64,000 bases of DNA. Source: Burkholderiaceae bacterium. GTDB taxonomy: Bacteria; Pseudomonadota; Gammaproteobacteria; Burkholderiales; Burkholderiaceae_B. Made by a program: the position numbers and the translations under genes. Positions 17,989 through 27,420 of the stretch are shown in pieces; the stretch's first letter is position 1; each line of letters begins with the position of its first letter. The notes under the pieces were generated by a model. It searched no databases, was not told the origin of the DNA, and saw only the letters and a list, made by a program, of their open reading frames with translations. The stretch covers positions 30,680 through 94,679 of the forward strand of contig JBARWC010000118.1 of NCBI GenBank assembly GCA_049646585.1, given 5' to 3'.

Positions 17989-18157
17989 ATTAGGCGAAAC
18001 GCAAACCTAGGACCATCTTGCTTTTCGTCTTCTGCAATGCTGTTAAAGGCGACATAGCGAGAAGCCCGTAGTCACAGTAGTCTTCTGACATGACCAGGTC
18101 TTCTTTTAGAGAAAGACGCAATAACCTTGCTTCAGCCTACGCCGACCAAGCTGCCAA

Positions 18158-18967
18158 TCAGTTGCCTGCCCCTTGGTAGCTAGCTCTTAAAAAAGTTTGA
18201 CCAACTTCAAAATTTCTTAAGCTATTCACCATTTCGAGTAGTTGAGGCCCGACTTCGTTTTCGAGCTGGCCAGGCTTGACTAGGTGCGATGACAGCACGC
18301 AGTTAAATACGAACAAATCACCTAAAACTCCCTGGTGACGATAAGGAACTCCAACTGTGCATACGTCTGGCCTATATTCCGCATAGGAATAACAAAACCC
18401 TAGAGTCTTCCACTCTTCTATCATTGTCATTGCCCTCGCGCCAAACTTTTCCCATTGATCCGGGGTTTTTATGCGGATTTCATTGAGCAGGGCTTTTCGG
18501 TCTTCCGGCGTACAAGCAGCGAGATAGGCTCTGCCATTGGCGGTTCCAATAATAGGATGAGACATCCCAATATCCGAATACTGCTGAGCTTGTAGCGATT
18601 TACTGCGGCTAGTTTCTACGTAAACAATACTTAATCGATCACGCATTCCGAGAGACACTGACCCACCAATTTTATCGGCCAGGTATCGCATTGGAAAACG
18701 TACTAATTGTCGTAGCGGTATGTTTGCCAACAAGGGATATGACAGTGTCAATATCGCCGTTCCTAATGAATATTTCCCCGTATCGTGATCGATACGCAGA
18801 TATCCCAGTGTGGAAAGCGTATAGGTAAATCGCGAAATCGTTGGTTTGGGAAAACCCGTGATGTCGGACAATTCACGATTTCCCAAGCTAGGTTTTTCAG
18901 GGGTGAAACAGCGAAGAATCTCTAGGCCCCGCGCTAGGGTAGTGGCGAATTGTCTATCTGTATTCAT
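18158..18967 (-). CDS. IclR-family transcriptional regulator
   Basis: TLARGLEILRCF..ELSDITGFPKPTISRFTYTL winged HTH plus an IclR effector domain. Start moved to MNTDRQF. It is divergent from the Bug/monooxygenase operon. Confidence 0.85.
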   Translation of the reverse strand: MNTDRQFATTLARGLEILRCFTPEKPSLGNRELSDITGFPKPTISRFTYTLSTLGYLRIDHDTGKYSLGTAILTLSYPLLANIPLRQLVRFPMRYLADKIGGSVSLGMRDRLSIVYVETSRSKSLQAQQYSDIGMSHPIIGTANGRAYLAACTPEDRKALLNEIRIKTPDQWEKFGARAMTMIEEWKTLGFCYSYAEYRPDVCTVGVPYRHQGVLGDLFVFNCVLSSHLVKPGQLENEVGPQLLEMVNSLRNFEVGQTFLRASYQGAGN

Positions 18968-19167
18968 AACCACATTCAGGCCTTGTTGTCCGACTTTATT
19001 TCTACATCTAACCAATACACCATCCAAACACACATAGGCTGAGTACGGCTTTGCGAAACAGTGTTCAGCATATCAAAACATATTGAGGGTAACAAGAAGC
19101 AGGCTGGTTACTATTCTCACGTTTGAAGGCAAAGACTCAGAAAAAACACTCCAAAGGAGGAGACAAA

Positions 19168-20148
19168 ATGAACTTCGCTAAAAGCTTCGTCAAAAGCGTG
19201 CTCTGCTGCACCGCGCTATCGGTGCTTTCATTGACACCAGCCTATGCAGCCGATTATCCCAATCGATCCATCAAGCTTATTGTGCCATTCGGACCCGGCG
19301 GCATTACCGATATTATTGCCCGCCAAGTGGCGAAAGGCTTAAGTGACAAACTGGGCCAATCAGTTGTTATTGAAAACAAACCCAGTGCAGGTCATATAGT
19401 CGCGCTACAAACCGTTGCTCGTGCCAAGCCCGATGGTTACACAATTTTATTGGGTTCAAACACCGGGTTCACTTCTACACCACACAGGTATAAAAACCTG
19501 GATTTCGATGTGAACTCGTTCCCTGTTATCGCTCCTATCAATATATCGCCAACGGTGCTTCTGGCCCGGCCGGAGTTTCCAGCGAACTCCATGACCGACT
19601 TTGTCAAATTGGCTAAATCCAAGCCAGGGGTACTTAACTATGGTTCCTTCGGAGTTGGCACCAGTGCCCATTTGGGCATGGAGATTTTCAAGAACGACAC
19701 AGGTATTGACGTGACACACGTGCCTTACAAGGGAGATACACCGGGAATGGTGGCTCTTTTGTCCAAAGAAGTGGACGTTGTATTCAATACCTTGTTCAGT
19801 GCTCAGGAAAGAATCCGCTCTGGAGAGGTGAAGGCACTTGGCGTGCTCCAGACGGCTCGTCTAGTTAACTATCCATCCATTCAAACCATGGTCGAAGCAG
19901 GTTCGAAGAACGCTGACATGCCTGTCTGGATCGCTTTCTTTGCTTCGCCAGGGACGCCAAAGGGAATTGTAAAAATTCTCGGAGATGCCACACGCTCAGT
20001 CGTCTCATCGGCCGAGTTTGAGAAGTTCCTTGAGGAAAGAGGAAACGTGCCAATGGCGATGAGCAACGATGAGTTGCTGGAATTCATCCGCGATCAGTCG
20101 AACCGGATCGGCCCCATCGTGAAGTCACTAGGTTTGCAAGTGGACTAG
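19168..20148 (+). CDS. Bug-family (tripartite tricarboxylate transporter) periplasmic substrate-binding protein
   Basis: Signal peptide MNFAKSFVKSVLCCTALSVLSLTPAYA, then DYPNRSIKLIVPFGPGGITD, typical of Bug/TctC proteins. RBS AAAGGAGG. No tctAB genes are adjacent. Confidence 0.85.
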   Translation: MNFAKSFVKSVLCCTALSVLSLTPAYAADYPNRSIKLIVPFGPGGITDIIARQVAKGLSDKLGQSVVIENKPSAGHIVALQTVARAKPDGYTILLGSNTGFTSTPHRYKNLDFDVNSFPVIAPINISPTVLLARPEFPANSMTDFVKLAKSKPGVLNYGSFGVGTSAHLGMEIFKNDTGIDVTHVPYKGDTPGMVALLSKEVDVVFNTLFSAQERIRSGEVKALGVLQTARLVNYPSIQTMVEAGSKNADMPVWIAFFASPGTPKGIVKILGDATRSVVSSAEFEKFLEERGNVPMAMSNDELLEFIRDQSNRIGPIVKSLGLQVD

Positions 20149-20261
20149 CTACAACTACATCGTTACGCCCGTAGCGATTAATTCGACGATTTTTAGTAAA
20201 CAACTTTTGGCCGACGTTGCCTTTGGCGGGTATACGCACGCCCAAATAAAGGGGTAGTAGC

Positions 20262-21485
20262 ATGCGTGTGATTATTGCAGGATATGGAATTGGCGGTGCC
20301 GCGTTAGCGCTAGGCTTACAGCAGTTTGGAATCGACTGCGTAGTCCTGGAACAAGCTGAAAAGCTGGAAGAGGTTGGCGCTGGCGTACAGCTTAGCCCTA
20401 ACGGCGTTTCCGTACTAAAGAACCTTGGGGTTATGGATGAGTTGGAGAAAGTTGCCTTCGAGCCCAGGGAACTTTTGTACCGAGATTGGGAAACGGGTGA
20501 GATTCTCCTAAACAATCCGCTTATGCCGCAGATTGACCTGCACTTTGGCGCACCCTACTACCATGCGCATCGAGCCGATTTATTGCGTGTTTTGCGTGAC
20601 GCTCTTGGGGGTGATCGCGTCAAACTTGGCAAGCGAATTATCGCTGTCGAACAACGCAATGAACGCGTTTTTGCTTATCTGGAAGACGGTACATGCGAGG
20701 AAGGCGATGTATTGATTGGCGCGGATGGCATCCATTCGTTAGTCAGGGCGAAAGTGTTCCAGGCTGACGCACCGCAATCATCGGGATGCTTGGCATGGCG
20801 AGGCTTGGTGGATGCAAAGGCTGCGGCACATTTGAATATCAAACCTTCAGCCCATGTATGGATGGGGCCTAACCACAGTGCCGTCATCTACTACGTGTCT
20901 GGTGGTCAGAAAATTAATTGGATTTGTATTGGTAGCGCACCAATGAATCAGAAAGAGTCTTGGTCTGCCACGACGACTGTCGGTGAAGTGCTTGATATTT
21001 ATAAAGGCTGGAATCGGGAAGTGACCGACCTGATTGCCTTGACCAACAAGCCATTTGTTACGGCGCTATATGATCGCTCGCCCTTGTCCAGTTGGGTGAA
21101 GGGGCGCATTGCTCTCATGGGCGATGCGGCACATGCAATGTTGCCCTATCACGCACAAGGTGCTGTGCAGAGTCTAGAGGACGCCTGGGTTCTGGCTCGG
21201 CTTCTAGATGTAGAGCGTAATCAGGCTGTGGAACAAACACTGGCGCGCTATGAACAGCTACGCATGGAACGGACGGCACGTATTCAAGAGCAATCACGTT
21301 TGGCTGAGCGGCGTTTTCATATGAGCGACCCGACGGACGTCGCTCAAAGAAATGATCGTATGCGCAAATACGATACGCAATTCAAAGGCAAATATCTCCC
21401 GCAACAAGAATGGCTCTTTGGCTATGACGCAGACCTGGCAGCTCGTGGCCAGGACGATAAGTGGCGTGCGTTGCGCACGTGGTGA
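20262..21485 (+). CDS. FAD-dependent aromatic-ring monooxygenase (salicylate/3-hydroxybenzoate hydroxylase class)
   Basis: GxGxxG (IIAGYGIGGAALAL), DG motif (LIGADGIHS) and GDAAHAMLPYHAQGA. Confidence 0.8.
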   Translation: MRVIIAGYGIGGAALALGLQQFGIDCVVLEQAEKLEEVGAGVQLSPNGVSVLKNLGVMDELEKVAFEPRELLYRDWETGEILLNNPLMPQIDLHFGAPYYHAHRADLLRVLRDALGGDRVKLGKRIIAVEQRNERVFAYLEDGTCEEGDVLIGADGIHSLVRAKVFQADAPQSSGCLAWRGLVDAKAAAHLNIKPSAHVWMGPNHSAVIYYVSGGQKINWICIGSAPMNQKESWSATTTVGEVLDIYKGWNREVTDLIALTNKPFVTALYDRSPLSSWVKGRIALMGDAAHAMLPYHAQGAVQSLEDAWVLARLLDVERNQAVEQTLARYEQLRMERTARIQEQSRLAERRFHMSDPTDVAQRNDRMRKYDTQFKGKYLPQQEWLFGYDADLAARGQDDKWRALRTW

Positions 21486-21519
21486 CGCTGGCGGGTGCAC
21501 TGAATCTCAGGAGAGCGCA

Positions 21520-22320
21520 TTGAGCTATCAAAATATTATTTATGAAGTAACGGGGCCGATCGGCCGTATATCCCACAATCGTCCTTCAGCGCGAAATGCG
21601 GAGAGCCACGGGCTGCTTGATGAACTTGACGATGCGCTTAAGGCAGCGGCAAGCGACGAGAATGTGAAAGTGATCATTATTGATGGCAAAGGTGATCACT
21701 TCTCGGCCGGGCACGATTTAAAAGAGGCTACCGCAAAGCGAAGTAATTTTACGGTTGAGCAACGCTGGGCCTTCGAAGAGCGCGTGTATTTGGGCTACGC
21801 AATGAATATTTGGGACTGTCCTAAGCCGACCATTGCGCAAGTCAACGGAGCATGTATCGCGGGAGGCTTTATGGTCGCGAATATGTGTGACTTGATCATA
21901 GCGTCAGATGATGCATTTTTCTCTGATCCTGTGTGTCATTCGCTTGGCGCTGCGGCAGTAGAGGTTCTGATACACCCCTGGGTCCTTGGAGCTCGAAAAG
22001 CCAAAGAGCTTCTTTTTATGGGTGGACGATTAAGCGCCCAAGAAGCGCTTGCCATGGGGATGGTGAACAAGGTGGTTTCCAAAGGCGAGTTGGAACAGGA
22101 AACCACCAAGATGGCAGAGCAAATTGCACGTTGCGACCCATTTGCCCTTAGGCTGGTTAAACGTTCAATTAACCGTTGCCTGGACATACAAGGCCTGCGC
22201 AGCTCTTTGAATGCGCACTTCGATACTCACCAGCTAAGCCATTTATCTGAAGGGTTCCAGCGTAGCCGTGAGGAAGGAATGTCCAAGGCTATCCAGCGAG
22301 CCACTACACATTCGTCATAG
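21520..22320 (+). CDS. Enoyl-CoA hydratase/isomerase (crotonase) family protein
   Basis: The crotonase fold is visible (HFSAGHDL, NGACIAGGFMV). Start placed at TTG 21520 after AGGAGA, because the track ORF overlaps the upstream gene. The start is uncertain. Confidence 0.72.
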   Translation: MSYQNIIYEVTGPIGRISHNRPSARNAESHGLLDELDDALKAAASDENVKVIIIDGKGDHFSAGHDLKEATAKRSNFTVEQRWAFEERVYLGYAMNIWDCPKPTIAQVNGACIAGGFMVANMCDLIIASDDAFFSDPVCHSLGAAAVEVLIHPWVLGARKAKELLFMGGRLSAQEALAMGMVNKVVSKGELEQETTKMAEQIARCDPFALRLVKRSINRCLDIQGLRSSLNAHFDTHQLSHLSEGFQRSREEGMSKAIQRATTHSS

Positions 22321-22328
22321 CTTAAATC

Positions 22329-23222
22329 ATGCGTAAAGTGCAGCTGGAAAGCATAGTCGAGGGATTTCGCGCTTTGTACAAAGGATGGCAAGGCGAGACA
22401 TCCCTCGCCAGGATGAGGCAAGAATGGGAAGTCTTTCTGTCCGAGCCCGTGGTTTCGGCAAAGATTGAAACCACCAACGCCGACGGAGTAGCTTGCCGAT
22501 GGGTGATGGGGGAAAACTCAAACCGCGCTCGAGTCATTCTTTACCTTCACGGGGGAGGATATCAAATTGGCTCGGCTACGTCCCACCACAATGTGATGGC
22601 ACGACTTTCCACAGTTAGTGGCCATCATGTGCTCGGGGTCGAGTACCGGCTAGCGCCCGAGCACAGGTTTCCCGCAGCACTGGACGATGTACTCACAGCG
22701 TATAAGTGGCTGCTCGCGCAGGGAGTGTTGCCATCCAACATTGCGTTTTGTGGAGACTCTGCTGGGGGCGGCTTGGCGATTGCCTTACTGACATTAATCC
22801 GCCGCCAGTCGCTTCCACTTCCAGCCGCCGCGGCATTGATGTCCCCATGGGTCGATATGGAGGCTTCCGGTGATTCGTACTCGCTGAATGCCGATCATGA
22901 TCCCGTTACTCAGAAAAGCATGATCCTGTTGATGGCTCGCGCTTATATGGGAAAGAACGCCAATTTCAAGGATCCCTTGGCATCACCGATTTACGCTGAT
23001 CTTGCTGGCCTGCCTCCTATTCTGATTCAGGTCGGACAACGCGAGGTACTACTGGACGATGCAAAAGCATTAGCTAGTGCCGTAAGGTCCGCCGGAGGCA
23101 ACGTGAGCTTGAGCATCTGGCAAGAGATGATCCACACTTTCCAGCTTTTTACCGGGCGCTTGGATGAAGCTGATGCCGCAATAGCAGAAGCATCACGGTT
23201 CCTGTGTGCTGAATTGAATTAG
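22329..23222 (+). CDS. Alpha/beta hydrolase, hormone-sensitive-lipase-type esterase
   Basis: HGGGY oxyanion motif and GDSAGG nucleophile elbow. Confidence 0.82.
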   Translation: MRKVQLESIVEGFRALYKGWQGETSLARMRQEWEVFLSEPVVSAKIETTNADGVACRWVMGENSNRARVILYLHGGGYQIGSATSHHNVMARLSTVSGHHVLGVEYRLAPEHRFPAALDDVLTAYKWLLAQGVLPSNIAFCGDSAGGGLAIALLTLIRRQSLPLPAAAALMSPWVDMEASGDSYSLNADHDPVTQKSMILLMARAYMGKNANFKDPLASPIYADLAGLPPILIQVGQREVLLDDAKALASAVRSAGGNVSLSIWQEMIHTFQLFTGRLDEADAAIAEASRFLCAELN

Positions 23223-23240
23223 TTATAGAGGAGTAAAAAG

Positions 23241-24464
23241 ATGCACAAGACTCTTGAACACATCAAGGTGTTGGATTTGTCACGAGTATTGGCCGGCCCT
23301 TGGGCCACCCAAACATTGGCCGATATGGGGGCTGAAGTAATCAAGGTCGAGCGGCCCGGCGTAGGGGATGACCTGCGCACCTGGGGACCGCCCTTTCTGA
23401 AAGATGCCGATGGGCGCGACACCAAGGACTCCGCATATTTTCTGAGTACGAATCGGGGTAAAAAATCCATCACATTAGATCTGGCCTCACCGGAGGGCCA
23501 GGACATCATTCGGGAAATGGTGGTTAATGCAGACGTTCTAGTGGAAAACTATAAGGTTGGGACCTTGGCTCGCTACGGTTTGAGCTGGGAGGATCTGCAG
23601 AAAATCAACCCAAGGCTGGTTTATTGCTCTGTTACTGGTTTTGGGCAGTCGGGGCCCTACTCGTCGTTACCAGGCTATGACTACATCTTTCAAGGAATGG
23701 GCGGCCTAATGAGCATCACAGGGCTTCCTGATACAGAGCCTGGAGGCGGGCCACTGAAGACTGGCATTCCAGTTACTGACATGGTCACTGGAATGTATGC
23801 GGCGACCGCCATTCTGGCCGCTTTGGAACATCGTAATGTAAGCGGTGAAGGGCAGCATATCGACATTGCTCTGCTTGATTGCCTAGTGAGCGTAACAAGC
23901 TGTGCAATGATGAACTATTTTCTGTCCGGCAATATCCCTCCGCGCCTGGGAAACACCCACTCCAATATGGTGCCCTATCAGGTTTTTCATTGCGCAGAAG
24001 GAGACATTATTGTGGCGGTAGGAAACGATAGCCAGTATGCCGCTTTTTGCCGGGTCATCGAGCGTCCCGATCTATCGACGGACCCTCGCTTTACCTCGGC
24101 AGCACAGCGCAGTATCAATCGCGAAATTCTAATTCCGATGGTAGCTGAAGCCATGCTGACCCGCTCAATGATGGAGTGGACCACGCTTTTGAAGGCGGTC
24201 AATGTCCCTTGCGGACCTATTTATAACTTGCAGCAAGTCTTTGAGGACCCCCAGGTCCAGCATAGGCAGTTGCGTGTCTCGTTACCACATGGATCAGGAG
24301 TCAGCGCACCAGGCGTTGCCAACCCGATCCGATTTTCCGCTTCACCAATTACTTATACGCACTCGTCGCCGATGCTGGGTGAACATACCGATGCTGTGCT
24401 GAGCACTTATGCCGGGCTTTCTGCTGAGCGAATCGCCGAGTTACGATGCAAGAGAGTGGTGTAA
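23241..24464 (+). CDS. Family III (CaiB/BaiF) acyl-CoA transferase
   Basis: 407 aa with an N-terminus IKVLDLSRVLAGPWATQTLADMGAEVIKVERP typical of the family. Confidence 0.85.
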   Translation: MHKTLEHIKVLDLSRVLAGPWATQTLADMGAEVIKVERPGVGDDLRTWGPPFLKDADGRDTKDSAYFLSTNRGKKSITLDLASPEGQDIIREMVVNADVLVENYKVGTLARYGLSWEDLQKINPRLVYCSVTGFGQSGPYSSLPGYDYIFQGMGGLMSITGLPDTEPGGGPLKTGIPVTDMVTGMYAATAILAALEHRNVSGEGQHIDIALLDCLVSVTSCAMMNYFLSGNIPPRLGNTHSNMVPYQVFHCAEGDIIVAVGNDSQYAAFCRVIERPDLSTDPRFTSAAQRSINREILIPMVAEAMLTRSMMEWTTLLKAVNVPCGPIYNLQQVFEDPQVQHRQLRVSLPHGSGVSAPGVANPIRFSASPITYTHSSPMLGEHTDAVLSTYAGLSAERIAELRCKRVV

Positions 24465-25255
24465 TGGCATTGGTCGAAATCCAATCCCACGGACCAACTG
24501 CCGTACTGACTCTGAACCGTCCTGATCAGCGCAATGCATTGAACGATGCCATGCGGCTGGATTTAGCAAGCGCGGTCTCGACTTTGCGAAACGATGCAAG
24601 TGTGAAAGCCGTCATTTTGTATGGAATGGGTGGCGATTTTTGCGCTGGCGGAGATATGAAAGAGGTACTGAGCCGAGAAAGCGAGACTCAGAGTGTTTTC
24701 GATACACGCGAGCGCATACACAACTTGCACCGCTGGTTTGACGATCTAGTAGATTTTGAAAAACCGGTTATAGCAGCGGTAGAAGGAGCCGCCTACGGGG
24801 CTGGGTTGTCTCTTGCACTTAGCGCAGACTTTGTGCTGGCCTCAGCCGAGGCAAAATTTTGTGCTGCTTTCGTTCGCCTTGGTCTTATGCCTGATTTGGG
24901 AGCCATGTATTTACTGCCACGTTATGTTGGCCTGACGCGGGCAAAAGAACTGGTTTTTTCGGGCCGGGTCGTGAGCGCGAATGAGGCAGCACGGATGGGC
25001 TTGGTATATGCCGTTACCAAGTCTAATGTCCTTGAAGAGGCGCTAGCTTTTGCGGCGCAATTTCACGAGGCACCAACGGCAGCACTTGGCATATCCAAGA
25101 CAACAATGAACCATGCTTTCGAGTCCGATCGCCAGAGCATTTATAAGCAAGAGGCAATGGCTCAGGCACTTTGTCGAGCAAGTGCTTTTCATCAGGAAGC
25201 CCTGAAGCGCTTCATCAATAAGCAACCTGCACTATATCAATGGCAAGAGCCCTGA
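24464..25255 (+). CDS. Enoyl-CoA hydratase/isomerase family protein
   Basis: FCAGGDM and AAVEGAAYGAGLSLAL motifs. The ATG overlaps the upstream stop (TAATG). Confidence 0.8.
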   Translation: MALVEIQSHGPTAVLTLNRPDQRNALNDAMRLDLASAVSTLRNDASVKAVILYGMGGDFCAGGDMKEVLSRESETQSVFDTRERIHNLHRWFDDLVDFEKPVIAAVEGAAYGAGLSLALSADFVLASAEAKFCAAFVRLGLMPDLGAMYLLPRYVGLTRAKELVFSGRVVSANEAARMGLVYAVTKSNVLEEALAFAAQFHEAPTAALGISKTTMNHAFESDRQSIYKQEAMAQALCRASAFHQEALKRFINKQPALYQWQEP

Positions 25256-25540
25256 TGCATGAGCGTGTACAGCAGGCCGCCTTATTGTCAGAACAGCAGC
25301 TCGTTTAACCTCTGCTTAGGGGTGTGGTAGGCTTGAGCAGTATGTTAGGTATCTCTAGAAGCCTACGCTTATGTTGATCAAAGCAAGCCGCTTCAAATCC
25401 GGCCCACTGTCAAAATGGGCCGCTAGGCTTCCGTCTGTGCTGGGCAACTTGAACGATACTAGCTGAACCGCCAGAATCCTTCAATGCCGTAACCACCCAG
25501 GCCTACAGTGCCTCTCGCTTGATCGTCAAGTTTCTCATAC

Positions 25541-26425
25541 CTACTCCAAGCGCCCCTCCGACTGCCCCAACCACTCCCGCGGCGACATCCCCATGCGCTG
25601 CCGAAATGCCTTGGAAAGGGAAGCCGAGCCCGCAAATCCAAGTTCCGCCGCGATCGACTTCACTGGCCGGCCGGCGCGCATCATTGACGTCGCCAGCGTC
25701 AGCCGCCAATCGGTCAGGTAGGCGGCCGGCGTGGTGCCTGTGGCGGCCTTGAAGGTGGCGGCGAAGGCGCTGCGCGACATGCCGGCGACCGCCGCCATCC
25801 GCTCCAGGGTCCAGTCGTCATGCGGTGCGCGATGCAGCGCCACCAAGGACTTGGCCAGGCGCGGGTCGGACAGCCCCATGATCAAGCCGCTGCTTACACC
25901 GACCTTCGCTGGGTGATCAACGATCCAACGCAGCAGCTGAATCAGCACCACTTCAAACAGTCGATTAGCTAGCAAGCGCGAACCGCAGCGCACATGGTCA
26001 GCCTCCGCGAACAGCAGATCCAAAGTGGGTCCTAGCCCATCCACCTCATCCACCGGCACGTGGATCATCGAAGGCAGGGATTGCACGATTGGATTGCGCC
26101 AGCCGCCGTCGAAGTCCAGCGTTGCGCAGGTGAAATCCGTCCCGTCTTTCGGGGGATTCACAAATACATGGCGCAAGGGTCTGGGATAGAGCAGCAGCGT
26201 GGGTTCGGCCAGGTGCAGGCGAGTCGCCTCGGTTTCGCCCGGCGAATGCCTGACTTCCATATTGCCACGCCGCAGCACATGGATGAAGGCGCGGCCGGGC
26301 AAGGGCTCGAAAGTCTGGTTTCCACACAGCTTCCCGGTATGGAACAACGCGGCCTGCACGCGAAAGCGATCCAACACTGCGGACAGCCTGTCTATCGGTG
26401 GATCAGAAGGTTTCGCCTGAATCAT
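25541..26425 (-). CDS. AraC-family transcriptional regulator (cupin-type N-terminal domain)
   Basis: C-terminal HTH pair (LERMAAVAGMSRSAFAATFKAATGTTPAAYLTDWRL..IAAELGFAGSASLSKAFRQRMGMSPREW). Confidence 0.85.
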   Translation of the reverse strand: MIQAKPSDPPIDRLSAVLDRFRVQAALFHTGKLCGNQTFEPLPGRAFIHVLRRGNMEVRHSPGETEATRLHLAEPTLLLYPRPLRHVFVNPPKDGTDFTCATLDFDGGWRNPIVQSLPSMIHVPVDEVDGLGPTLDLLFAEADHVRCGSRLLANRLFEVVLIQLLRWIVDHPAKVGVSSGLIMGLSDPRLAKSLVALHRAPHDDWTLERMAAVAGMSRSAFAATFKAATGTTPAAYLTDWRLTLATSMMRAGRPVKSIAAELGFAGSASLSKAFRQRMGMSPREWLGQSEGRLE

Positions 26426-26543
26426 GGATTATTGGACAACTTTAATGGATAAATAACGCACATAAGTCCAATAATTCTACCTACTATTCCTCCTGTGCGC
26501 AGCCCTTGCGTACGGCAATCAACCCTCTTCAAGGAGTTCCGCC

Positions 26544-27089
26544 ATGTCCAGAGTCCCTCTTATCGAAACCAATAACGCTTCCGGCGAGCGCAAGGCATTG
26601 CTCACGCAGATCCACGGTGCATTCGGGGCGACGCCCGCCATGTTCAAAGCTGTCGCGAATTCCACAGCGGCGCTCAAGAGCATGTGGGGTTCGTTCGGAG
26701 CACTGGGGGCGGGCGTCATCGATGCCAAGCTCGGCGAGCAGATCGCCGTGGCCATCGCCAATCGCAATGCCTGCGAATACTGCCTGGCGGCGCACACCGT
26801 GCTTGGCCGCAAGGCCGGCGCCACATCGGAAGAGCTTTCCGCAGCGCAGGCCGGCGCATCATCCGACCCCAAGACCGCCGCCGCGCTGCGCTTCGCCCTG
26901 GCGCTGGTGGAGTCGCGCGGCCAGGTCAACGATACCGACGTGCAGGCGGTGCGCAGCGCGGGCTTCAGCGACGAGGAAATCGTTGAGATACTCGCGCATG
27001 TCGCCCTGAACCTGTTCACAAACTACGTCAATATCGCTTTCGCCGTGCCGCTGGACTTCCCGGCCGTAAAGCTGAGCCGGGCGGTGTAG
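26544..27089 (+). CDS. Carboxymuconolactone decarboxylase / AhpD-like family protein
   Basis: 181 aa all-helical protein with a CEYCLAAH CxxC motif. It is divergent from the AraC gene. Confidence 0.72.
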   Translation: MSRVPLIETNNASGERKALLTQIHGAFGATPAMFKAVANSTAALKSMWGSFGALGAGVIDAKLGEQIAVAIANRNACEYCLAAHTVLGRKAGATSEELSAAQAGASSDPKTAAALRFALALVESRGQVNDTDVQAVRSAGFSDEEIVEILAHVALNLFTNYVNIAFAVPLDFPAVKLSRAV

Positions 27090-27420
27090 CCCTGTGCCAA
27101 TGGGATGCCACGCCTCGCCGGTGCGGCATCTCTTGCAAAAGCTCAGAAATCAATTGCATCGAGGCGGTTGATGCAAGGGGCGCAGTCAAGCGATTTCAAT
27201 GCTCGAAGCCATCGTCAAATCCTTAGGGTTGTGAAATGGTTTCCAGTCGCAATCATCGCCAACACCCTCCAACCACGGAACCCTAGGCCTGAGTTCGCTG
27301 TCATACTTTTTGTGGCATACACCGGACGCGATACGCGCGGTAGCTTGTTCGCCCAGCACTATGGCGATACGTTCGGTTCAGAAATGGAATTCCCCTTACT
27401 CAACACTAAAAAGGCATGAA

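Larger units (their letters stand above)
14511..25405. mobile_element. Degenerate genomic island at the 3' end of tRNA-Leu (no integrase retained)
   Basis: The sequence is visibly AT-richer than both flanks. It carries an IS remnant, a TA module, truncated genes and a self-contained catabolic operon. A possible distal att remnant TTCAAATCCGGCCC (25392-25405) matches the tRNA segment TTCGATTCCGGCCC (14488-14501). Confidence 0.5.

Noticed and set aside
27105-27419. 104-aa ORF upstream of bdhA as a real gene
   Set aside because: It has no motif and no RBS, and its composition is atypical. It is kept only as a note on an unexplained spacer.
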